A stretch of DNA of 63,640 bases, the filler included, from Pelomyxa schiedti (lineage: Eukaryota > Protista > Evosea): the NCBI GenBank assembly GCA_020536535.1. It is 12 parts of 12 records of this genome, joined end to end, with 100 filler letters (N's around TTAATTAATTAA, not from the genome) between each part and the next. Parts side by side here need not be neighbours in the genome. Positions count along the whole stretch, not along the records: positions 2,677 to 12,901 come from JAHLWZ010000553.1; positions 13,002 to 14,354 come from JAHLWZ010002577.1; positions 14,455 to 15,525 come from JAHLWZ010002891.1; positions 15,626 to 27,269 come from JAHLWZ010000196.1; 8 more parts are not named here. One strand, written 5' to 3'. Below the pieces are notes generated by a model. That model was given only the letters and a program-made list of their open reading frames with translations. It did no database searches and had not been told where the DNA came from. Positions 12,138-22,150 of this stretch are shown piece by piece. Numbering within the stretch: the stretch's first letter is position 1; each line of letters starts with the position of its first letter. The translations under genes and the position numbers were made by a program.

Positions 12138-13001
12138 CGCAAACTAACCACCACTCNNNNNNNNNNNNNNNNNNNNNNNNNNNNNNNNNNNNNNNNNNNN
12201 NNNNNNNNNNNNNNNNNNNNNNNNNNNNNNNNNNNNNNNNNNNNNNNNNNNNNNNNCTGAAGACTCTGGCCTATGGATTCGCCTACATGCTGCCCACTGC
12301 CGAAATGGTCACATTGCTCACTGCTCTTCCATCAACAACCACAAGAAACTCCTCTTGACGCAAACTAACCACCACTCCGCACAATCCGAAACAAAAAAAA
12401 ACGACAAGAATGTTTGGTTGTTATTCACCACTTATGTACCAACAATTAATGGTGGCGGCCTTTATGGCTGCGCCAAACAACTTATGTAAGTTGGTTTTGT
12501 GTTTTTCCTTTTATTCGGTCAGGTTTATTCTTCATTATGGTTGGGTGTTTTAGGCTGTAAAGAATGGGCACATAGTTAAGAAACGAGGAGGAGGCCTGAG
12601 AGCGAGTTATGGTTTAGCATCAAAGTGTTCTCGAACCCTCCAAAGTTCAGCCGAGGAGGGGCAGATCTGAATTGAAGATGTTCCCTGAACTCTATCGAGA
12701 TAGGTGCCTTTTCGCGAAATTCAAATTGTGCAATGAACGTTCTTGGGGCAGATGGAGTGACGTAGGTTTGGGCCGGCGTCGTTGTCCGTGCTTTTTGTAG
12801 CCTCGTTCGTTTTCGTGTAAGAATCTCAAAAACAAAAACCGCCTCGACATGAAGAACTCGTCCTGCATCGTCCTCCTCCCATTGATTCTACTTGGCATCC
12901 TNNNNNNNNNNNNNNNNNNNNNNNNNNNNNNNNNNNNNNNNNNNNTTAATTAATTAANNNNNNNNNNNNNNNNNNNNNNNNNNNNNNNNNNNNNNNNNNN
13001 N

Positions 13002-13947
13002 GCTCAAACTGCGTTTTTGTGTTGAAACCTCCGATTTTGGCACCTTCATGTGCCTCCCTCAGTACGTCTGGGGGTATTTTTGCGCTTGTACACTCTGTGA
13101 TTTTATCAGCGCAAAACTAAAATTTAAAAATTATCAGAAATGTAAAAGAAAGTGTGGGGTGAGTATTGTTGCAATTGGAGAATATACCATTGAAGCCATG
13201 GCAAAACACTCAAGCAACCCAACTGGTGCATGGAAAGCAGGGGAACGGGAAGCAGCACGGTCGGGATCGAAACCAGCGACAAAAAACAGGAATGGCTGCC
13301 GTGTTGCCTTGTTTTTTGCCCACGAATCCCCATAAAGTAACTCCAAAGTGTCTGGAATTGCATTGAAGAATACACGCGCAGTTGGAGTGCAAACAACAAG
13401 AACAACTTTCATTGTTCCCTGTGCACATCCTCGGAACTCTTGAGGCCTAAAAATTCTTTAATCACATGTCTTTGAGTTTTTTCCAAAAAATAGATAAAAA
13501 AACAACAACTATAAAACGTAGGACTACCAGCCCCAGCCCACCATCCCCAGGCACACACCTGTCCACATAAATCAATTCAATGGACTTGTGCGCCCCCAGT
13601 GGCACCACTTCCCCCTCGGCACTTTTCCCCCCCTTACCCGTCCCCGTCCCCGTCCCCGTCCCCGTCCCCGTCCCCGTCCCCGTCCCCGTCCCCGCCCCGA
13701 CCCCTTTCCCGCGGGAAGGGAGCAGGAGGCTGCGGAGGTGGATGCGGTGACCACGGCCACCCCGACGAGTCGCTGCAGCGTCCTCCTCCCCCTCCCCCTC
13801 CCCCTCGGCGAGGGCTGCGCGTACGAGGCGGTCCACCACGTCGCGGGAGGGTGCCACCACGTAGCACTTGGGCGCCGCGTTCTCGTCGTCCGTCGCCCGA
13901 TCCACAGCGGTGGTGTATTGGGTCGTTGTGGACGCAGTCGATGTCAT
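13002..13947 (-). CDS. Hypothetical multi-exon protein with a (GT)n linker, 3' end unclear
   Basis: ORF from ATG 13947 splices to an exon reading MKVVLVVCTPTARVFFNAIPDTLELLYG. Family not recognised. Confidence 0.45.
13637..13692. repeat. (CCCCGT)n hexamer microsatellite, ~9 copies, encoding Gly-Thr repeats on the minus strand
   Basis: Direct reading of the sequence. Confidence 0.9.
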
Positions 13948-14030
13948 GCGCTACCAAACCTCTCTGATCCAAGTTACTTGGTGGGTGTTGATTCACCGCG
14001 TCCATCAAGAGAAAAATCCAAATCAAACCG

Positions 14031-14354
14031 ATGTCGTCTGCGGTTGTCACCACACCGCCCCCCCAAGAATTCACGGGGCTGTCGGCTCGCGGCGACGCAT
14101 CATCCCTGCCACCGCAACTGCGGGTCTGCGGTGGTGTGCCCGTTGCCGTGGCTGCGTGCGGCCACCCTCTTTGCTTGCAATGCGTCATGCCGCAAACCAC
14201 CCCCACCACCCCAACTACGTCCCCACAGCAACCCCCACCATCGTCATCCGAGACAGGAACAGGAACATCTACAACTACTACTACGACGACGATGGTGGGG
14301 GTTGCTGTGGGGACGTAGTTGGGGTGGTGGGGGTGGAAATCACAGCACGAGGGA
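14031..14354 (+). CDS. N-terminal fragment of a protein with a degenerate RING-like motif
   Basis: VCGGVPVAVAACGHPLCLQC resembles the central RING-HC motif CGHxxCxxC; followed by a Thr-rich tract and truncated by the linker. Confidence 0.35.
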
Positions 14355-14466
14355 NNNNNNNNNNNNNNNNNNNNNNNNNNNNNNNNNNNNNNNNNNNNTT
14401 AATTAATTAANNNNNNNNNNNNNNNNNNNNNNNNNNNNNNNNNNNNNNNNNNNNGCAGACCTGTAA

Positions 14467-14538
14467 GGTTCAGTTGTATAGCGGTAATACGCTCGTCTCA
14501 CACACGAGAGATCCTGGGATCGACACCCAGCTGAACCA
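14467..14538 (+). tRNA. tRNA-Val(CAC)
   Basis: Cloverleaf: GGTTCAG/CTGAACC acceptor, GTAT/ATAC D-stem, CTCGT-CT CAC AC-ACGAG anticodon arm, CTGGG-ATCGACA-CCCAG T-arm, A73, followed by an oligo-T terminator. Confidence 0.92.
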
Positions 14539-14688
14539 ACTTTTTGTTGCTGCTTCACAGTAAGAATGGAAAAGAAAACACTGCATGCAGAAAAAATATT
14601 TCCATTTCCGTTTAAATCACAACACACAACAAACGAAATGCTGGGGCGGCACCATAATATACACCAAGTGAGGACCCACTATTGTAAA

Positions 14689-14761
14689 GGGCGTGTAGTT
14701 CAGTTGGAAGAATGGCTGCTTGCGGAGCAGTTGGTCCTGGGTTCAATCCCCAGCGCGCCCG
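14689..14761 (+). tRNA. tRNA-Arg(GCG)
   Basis: GGGCGTG/CGCGCCC acceptor, D-loop AGTTGGAA with A20 (Arg identity element), GCTGC-TT GCG GA-GCAGT anticodon arm, CTGGG-TTCAATC-CCCAG T-arm, G73, T6 terminator. Confidence 0.92.
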
Positions 14762-15202
14762 TGTTTTTTGGTTTTAAAAAAAACAGGAAGAAACAGGGAA
14801 CGGGGTTCTTTTTTTTTTTTTGGTGGGGTAACAACCACACGGTGGTGTGGTTGGGAATGACAAAAGACACCACCACACAGGCAGGAGGCATTGTACACAC
14901 AATGCAGCCAAAGTCTTTGGTATTAACCAAACAATGATTATAATGGTGACAAAACCCAATGACCCCCCAACAAGACAGAGGGAAGAAGAAGCTTTTGCAA
15001 GGTCACCTTAGTTGGCACATGACAGCAACAGTAACTGCATCAGTAAGTCAAAAGAGTGAGTAAGTGTTGCTGGCTACGCTACAAGAACACACACCTAAAG
15101 CCACACTGACTGTAGTTGCTCTTACCAGGGGGAAAAAACACCCCAAAAAAAGAAAGAGTGAGTGTGGAGTACATGAACAAACACTGCCAGAGCTTTATCA
15201 AT

Positions 15203-15275
15203 GCCGGCCTAGCTCAGTCGGTAGAGCGCAAGACTCTTAATCTTGTGGTCGTGGGTTCGAGCCCCACGGCCGGCG
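15203..15275 (+). tRNA. tRNA-Lys(CTT)
   Basis: GCCGGCCTAGCTCAGTCGGTAGAGCGCAAGACTCTTAATCTTGTGGTCGTGGGTTCGAGCCCCACGGCCGGCG; canonical fold with a poly-T terminator. Confidence 0.97.
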
Positions 15276-15400
15276 TTTTTTTTCTGCTGCTGCTGCCTTG
15301 TGTGTTGAACTTAGTGTTTTGTTCTATTTTATTTTTTTATTATGATTTATGTATGGCATTGGCCTGAGGTAGAAAGCTAACAAGAGAGAGATAAACACAT

Positions 15401-15473
15401 GCTCCAATAGCTCAGCTGGTAGAGCGTTAGACTGAAGATCTAAAGGTCGCTGGTTCAAACCCGGCTTGGGGCA
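15401..15473 (+). tRNA. tRNA-Phe(GAA)
   Basis: GCTCCAATAGCTCAGCTGGTAGAGCGTTAGACTGAAGATCTAAAGGTCGCTGGTTCAAACCCGGCTTGGGGCA; canonical fold. Confidence 0.97.
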
Positions 15474-15625
15474 AGAAGGACTTTTTTTCTTCTTCTTTAA
15501 TCTCCCTGTTGTCTGTCTTCCACACNNNNNNNNNNNNNNNNNNNNNNNNNNNNNNNNNNNNNNNNNNNNTTAATTAATTAANNNNNNNNNNNNNNNNNNN
15601 NNNNNNNNNNNNNNNNNNNNNNNNN

Positions 15626-15775
15626 TTGAAGAGCTTGAGCAGATTGAAGAGCTTGAAGAACTGCAGGAGTTTGAAGATTTTGAAGAGCTTTAACAACTTG
15701 AAGAGCTTCAGGAGATTGAAGAGTTTGAAGAGCTTGAAGAGCTTGACGAGCTTCAGGAGTTTGAAGAGTTTGAGG
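15626..15775. repeat. Degenerate 9-bp tandem repeat (TTGAAGAGY-like); reads QAL/QTL/EAL tripeptides on the minus strand
   Basis: About 16 imperfect 9-mer units running into the contig end. Confidence 0.8.
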
Positions 15776-17341
15776 TGGAGGAGGAGGCGGGGACAAACAG
15801 CGACTATCAGATGTGTATGTATCAAAGAAGTTATCAGGTAGGTTGTCAATCAAATTGAGCAACGTCTCAGCAGCTTGCTTTCTACCATCAGGGCCAGAAA
15901 ACTGTTTACGGTACATGTAGAAACCCTCTTTGTCGCACATTAGTAGTTCGACGTGGTCACTTTCAGCTGCTCTGTGGTGGTTGGTTATTGGGAATTCTCG
16001 GTTTTTCAAGAGTGGTAGACGCACTTGCCAAATCACAAACCAAAGGTGGTGGGATCTCGGTTTCTTCCCTCCTCTTTCAGTGCCTTAAACCTTTGTATTG
16101 CGGCTGGGTTAAGCAGAGAGTAGAGATGTTGCCGCGAATCGGCGAATGTCTTCCTACTTTGCCTCTCCCAGTGCAACTAGGCAAGAAAGATTGTTGAGAG
16201 ATAAAATGTTTGATGGCAGGGACATACGAAACTGTTGACATAAAATAAAAACCTGTCGTTCTCCACTGTGCTTGCAACTCCTTCGATCCTTCCATAGATC
16301 CCATGCTGACCAAAGGCTACCTTCATATCATTTAGCTGTGACGTCATATCAGCCCCATAAACATGGAACGCTCGTTTGAAGCGTATGTTTTGCAGTACTA
16401 TCTGTTGCACGCTGCTTAGCACACTAACTCAGAAAGAATGCTGTACATTAACAAACTGAAGCTCTGTCATTTTATTCCAGTCCTCTGTGGGGATGTTGAT
16501 TGTCTTGGCTTCTACTGGTGTGGTAAAATCATTATTACAGGGCTCATAAAGCCAGTGCCCCCCCCAGCTCAAGTATTGTCTCATGCTAAGCTTAGAGGCC
16601 GGTGTCCAGTGAATATGGCGTTCCCCAATATCGTCTTTCGGAGCCACCTTAAGTATTGCTACCTGTTGTTCAGAACTTCTACATATGTATTTATCAGGAA
16701 CTACGAAGAAGGTAAGAAAAGATGACAGATGAATCGGGATTTTACTTGGACATTTGGGTTTCGGCCCTGTGGGTGCGGATAGTTGCCCATGACTTTTCAA
16801 AGGATCAGGCTGGGGCCCATGAGGTAAAAGTGGATGGAGCACAGAGGCAGATGTTGTGGATCCCTGATACATAATGGCGGGACCATAGATTTGATTGAGA
16901 GTGTCAATGTGGGCTCCAGGAAAAGTTACCGTTGTTGGAAGGTAACTAGTGCCACTTCCGGTTGAAAATCCATGCTTGACACGTTCTGAAGAAGGGCATT
17001 GTGAAACTATTGTCTGCGTTTCTGGCAGTGGCAGTGTTGACGGGGGAGACAGAGAAGTGTGTTCTGGGGGTGCCGTGTCATCTAGTGAAGGTGCTGATAC
17101 GTCTCCTTGTGATTGCAATGGCTCTGATACTGATGCCGGCACCGGCACCGGCACCGGCACTACAGGTGTGGAATTGAGTCGACTGCGTTTTGGTAGCAGT
17201 TTCCACAAAGCGGACGCTTCAATTGGGGCCAACTCGTGCGTTTGATCCGGGTCCAGTGGGCACTCTGGTCTTGCTTGCGTTGTTGCAGGTCGGACCCGAG
17301 GGATCTCGCGAAACGGATTATTATCTTGTGGCGTAGACATG
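15626..17341 (-). CDS. Hypothetical multi-exon protein with a Pro/Ser-rich N-terminus, truncated at the linker
   Basis: ATG at ~17340 (MSTPQDNNPF). ORFs 16429-17379, 16177-16422 and 15578-16036 can largely be joined by short GT-AG introns (e.g. gtacag...caacag, gtatgt...gcctag); the last junction is uncertain. Confidence 0.6.
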
Positions 17342-17642
17342 CGACCGGCCGTGTTGACTTTTACTGATTTTACTCCCAAGAAAACATGATTTCACGGAAA
17401 GATGACACCAGACCTGTAGGGGTTCCCCAGGAATCAGCAGTGTTGGTCGGGAAACTTATTTTTGCTTCCCGGGTGTTGTGGGCTGTTTCAGAACCCCCAC
17501 CCATCAGACCTAAATCAGACTCACAAATACAATGTATTGATGTACAATGATGAGGTGGGATGGATGTTGTTGGTGTGTGGTGGATGTGTACAGGGCAGAG
17601 TGTCAAGGTGGTGCTTTGCTGAAGGGTCGTTGTTCAGGCCAG

Positions 17643-20600
17643 TCAAGTCCTACCTACAGCGTCGTAGGGGGTATTGATGTAGCCCACGTCGTGGCGGAGG
17701 TGACGGATCAGCTCAACAACGGAGGGGAACTGAGAGGGTACACCTTCCTTGGTAAAGTGTAAGTAGCTTATGACGGGGGAACCGGCAGCAAATATCCTGT
17801 TTTTGGGTTTGGTAGCAGTTAGTTTCATCAGTGAGAGCGCCGTGCAACAGGAACTACTATGATAAGTAAAGAGGGCTTACTTTTCTGACTTTACTTTTCC
17901 ATCATTGTTCACAAAGTACAACCTGAGAGCAACCCTGGGGCCTGCAGCCTCGCTGCTCAGCATCACTAAAAATGAACCCTTCTTCTCCCGGAAAAGTGCC
18001 TTGCTGCATTGTTCCTTGGTGAAACCAGTGACGAACCAACGCTGCGTGCATAATTCATTGAGCTTTTTTTGGTGGATGTGAGTGAGAGTGAAATCGATTG
18101 ACTTGATGAACTACCCTCCTCAATTTATCTGCATCAGAATGGACCTCTCCAAATGTGTTAACAATTTGCTGTAAGCGTTCTGCGGTGATCCTACCCTTCG
18201 AATTCTCTGTTTGGGTCTTAGTTAGGGAGTATGTATTACGGAGTGGGTTTACCTAGTATTCTTTTGCAAGGCATTAGGTCCTCCTGAAGATGAACCTCTC
18301 GAAAACACTCCAGGTGACTTCTGGAATCGCGAAGTTCCCAGTCCAGAAGTCCCTCCCTAGCGGCGAATCCATGGCCATTTCTGCCATGATTGTATTAAGG
18401 GTACTCGACACTTGTAGTATTGAAGGCCTCTGGGAGTGTCCAACGTAAGAAGAGAAGAAATCACAGACGAAAAGGGAGATGGGATGAAATATTATAAGAA
18501 TACATCAGTTGGACGTGGCTGGCACATCCATGCAAGGAGTTTAACCTAGGTTACAGCAAGTCAGTGGCTATCTATCTATTCATTGATTGCGAATTGGTAT
18601 TATTAGAGAGCCAACCACTTACCAAGCGTGGGGGTGTGGGTGTGGCAGGGCTGCAGGCCATGTTTGTGGTCATCTTGGGGAGTTTATTTTGGTAGATCTT
18701 CCTTTTAGTTGTAGCCTTTGTGCACTTGCGAAAAGGAATCTTCCCTGAGAAAAGCTCACGAAAACATATGCCAAGAGAAAATCTTTTAAATTGTTTGCAG
18801 GGATTAATTAGCCCAGCTTGTGTTGAAGGTTAGTTCGCGCTCACATGTCACTTGATTTTGAGAGTGGTTCGTGCCCTCCCATTTCTGGATGTAGTGGTTC
18901 AACTCCTCTCAGGATCTCCGGTGGCATATAGCTTACTAAAAAGAGTGAGGGAGCTGAACACCGTATATAATACTCACAAGTTCCCTCGCCTGTGTACTTG
19001 TTTGCATAGTTGCTACCTGGTTCCAAGATCTTGGAAAAGCTAAAGTCACAAATCTTTTATAACAATTGGTGATTAATGATGAACTACTAAGGAAGGGGAT
19101 TACACACTTTGGCATCGAAATTGTTATTGAGCAACACATTGGACGGCTTCAAATCGCTTGTAGTTGGGGCAAAGAAAGTTAGTGTTCATGCCAACAACTT
19201 TTGTAAAAATAAGCTTGTACCCGTGAAGTGTGTTGTAATCCACATGCATCGCACGTAGGCCTTCAACCTAGAGGTTTTTTTCAAGTGACGAAGTGACAGG
19301 AGGAAGGAGTGTGTTACCATTTCAGACGCTATCTTCATCATGATGGGGCGCTTAAGCTTTCCTCCTTCAAAAAAGTGCTTCAGATTCGACGGAACAATGT
19401 CTGGGCTGTGGATGACAACATCCAAATCGCATGCCATTTCTGGCATAATAAGAGCCGGACACTGTTTGCCTTTGAAATCGACCATAGAGTATCCTGCGTT
19501 ACCTTCTGTTAAGACTGGGCAAAAAGAAAGGGATACCTTACCCTCCAATATTATGATGTTTTCGTTAGTAAGAGTGCTCATGACCAGGGCTTCGTACTTT
19601 AGCTTTTTCATTGTCCTTTCCTTCTCTTTTGGATCACGAGGAAGTTGAACGACTTTCACAGCCCGAAAAACACCACCCAATGTGGCTGTATCGCATAGAA
19701 TATATAATCGAGAAAAGAAAAAGAGGTTGTTAGGTGCTGTGGGACGGGAAAGCTAACTCACCCTGGAAGACCGAACCAAAACTTCCACGTCCAAGTTTGC
19801 CGTTTGCATTTACTTCAACGACTTTTTTTGGTAACCCTGCTGGCCACTCTTCACATTGGTACAAATTATCCTCCCCACTTCCAATGCCAACAACACCCAT
19901 TCCCGTTCCCAATCTAAGTGCAGCTTCCACTCCAATTCCAACACTGCTCCCACTCACCTCCAGCTCACGCATACCAATAATCTGCTTCGGGGTAGCTACA
20001 GCAGCAGAGCTTCCGTAATAGCTTTTTGGAGGAATTGTAGCTGTCAATGGAGTAAGAGGTATAAAGTCCTCGGACTTTGATGTCTCCATAAGCGGTATGA
20101 AATCTTCTTCCTTCTTCCCACCATCCAGCACCTCCTGCCGCGAACCATGACTGTGACTGTGGGTGTCAGTGCCAGTGGGGGTCTCATGCACATTAAAGAC
20201 GGGTGGAGGCGGCTGAGGCTTGGCCAGCGGCCGCGGGGAATAGGACCCGGGAGTACCAAAGAGCTGCGGTGTGAGGAGCGAAGGGGGTGGGAGCCTCGGC
20301 TTCTTGGCCACTGGGGCCGCCGCTGACGAGGTCACGAGGCCTTTTCCTTGGTTCGTGTGAGTGCTACTTCTTTTACTTGACCGCCGTGGTTGTTGAGAGT
20401 TGCTGCGGTGGTTGCTGCCACTCGCCCTTGGCACCCAAACCTTCTCATCTTCCCAAACGATGTGCTTGTTCTTCCAAATGGGTGGATGTTGTCTGGCAGT
20501 CTCCAAAGCTTCCTTAGAATTGAAAACCACTCGTGTCTGGTGAGTAGCGTATACAGGCTTTACATCCTTTCTGTGACAACAGATTAGCTGAGTCTAGTAG

Positions 20601-20929
20601 ATCGCACAACAAAAGAAAAGTTAAAACTAAGTTGGTGTACATTGCTCCAGGGGCAATGTGGCGCAGGGGAAACAGGGAACTCGTATAGAAATCCATCACA
20701 CCTCGCCACAGGCAAAACGGCTCAGTATCGTCGGCGTGTCCGTATTGTGAAATGCCTTTGTGAAAAGGACATGTTGTTCTTGTGTAGTGGTTGTTGTGGT
20801 TGCAGTAGTAGTGGCATCAGTAGCAGTAGACCAAGTACCGGCGACTGTGGTTGTTTGAGTTGCCGTATGCACCCCCGTAGATCCCGACGTAGTGATGTTG
20901 TCGCTGTTGTCGTCACGACCGGTGTGCAT
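17643..20929 (-). CDS. TKL-type protein kinase with C-terminal SH2-like domain (Dictyostelium Shk-like), possible N-terminal RRM-like region; multi-exon
   Basis: LGRGSFGSVFQG, RAVKVV, KLKYEALVMSTL, HGDLKPSNVLL, ICDFSFSK, YMPPE, SKSSD; then GRDFWTGNF..VTWSVF linker and SH2-like WFVTGFTKEQCSKALFREKKGSFLVM...FPSVVELIRHL. Confidence 0.85.
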
Positions 20930-22150
20930 TATCTTGTTTGGCTTGTAATTTCTGATTTTTTTTGAAGATGTCATATGTGTGGTGCGCAGTAAATGCCAAT
21001 GCGCCAAATTTCCCCTGCGGCGGCAGTGTTCCAGCTGTTTAAGCTTAGCATATTCCCTACTGACATGCGAAAAGAAAGGAACAGGGAGGTCGAATGAAAA
21101 TAACAGAATTCTATTGTTGTCCATTGGGGTTTGTGCTACTATCCTGTTGTATCCAACTCTCGTAAAGGTTTCTCTGATGAGGGGTAATAAGACCAGCTGA
21201 ACATGACATTCAGTTGTTGTCTTCAACTCAACTTAGTGTCCTTTCCTTTTCATCCCTGATATCGTCCCTGTTTGTAGTAAGCTTTAATAACAAGAGATTA
21301 TTGTAGTACCTTTTTTTGGGGGGGAGTTGCCTTAGTGTGAACTGGAAAACGGGAAGAAATTCTCTTCGTGATTGGGAGACCAGCTGAACACATTCGTCCA
21401 GTTGTTGTCTCCTTTTGAAGAGAGAGGCCAGACCAGCTGAACACATTCAATATTCAGTTGTAAATTGATTATAATTTCTATACCACCCACTGCACAACCA
21501 TTTCTAATATAACACTATTAGTAGTATAAAAGAGGGCATAGTAGGCCACGTGAAAAACAACGGGAGAAAAAAACTACGAGCCGGACATAGTGCCTACGTA
21601 GTGCGGTTCAAGGGGTTATTTGTTTGTGTTTTTGGTTTTTGGTTTGTTTTTTTTTCGTAAAACTGGGCGGGAACCCAAAATTTTTGTCGTCTCCCAGAGA
21701 AACGTGGTTCATGGGGATGGAGGGCAGCCCACAAGATGACGCCACGAGGATACAGACACGTGATACTGATTATGGGACAAACCACGTAGTGGTGTATTGT
21801 TGGTGTAGCTGTGATGGTTTCTTCTTTTTCTTTGTGTGAGCTGGTGGGCATTGCCACACAGGAATAACCGACACCTTGATCTTCCCCAACCGCCACTTTG
21901 ACCCGGTGATTACGAAAACTGTTTTCTGATTGAACTGGTCAGGAAAGAGTGAAAAGGCCCACAATTCTGCTCCAAGCGCAAGTTTTCGCTTTATTGGTCT
22001 TCCCAACTGGTAGATCGCTTCTCTAGACCACACTTCGAAGGGACAGTGTACATCCTCTCGCAACACAACTTGATAACACTCACCCAATCTCAAAAAAAAA
22101 AAGAAAGAGACAACAGACAAAAAAGAGGATTCTTGTTTCCATGTTTTGCT

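Noticed and set aside
12036-12377. Repeated 3' end of the isochorismatase gene
   Set aside because: Same gap-flanking assembly artefact.
13588-14406. 272-aa Arg/Pro-rich plus-strand ORF and similar long shadow ORFs
   Set aside because: Antisense or off-frame products of GC-rich low-complexity coding sequence and the CCCCGT microsatellite.
14467-14538. tRNA(CAC) as a GUG-reading initiator tRNA
   Set aside because: It lacks A1:U72 and the three consecutive G:C anticodon-stem pairs; only the T-loop is initiator-like.
16177-16431. In-frame TGA and TAG between consecutive same-frame ORFs (possible readthrough, selenocysteine or alternative code)
   Set aside because: Both stops fall within short GT..AG introns that preserve frame; other genes terminate normally at TAA, TAG and TGA.
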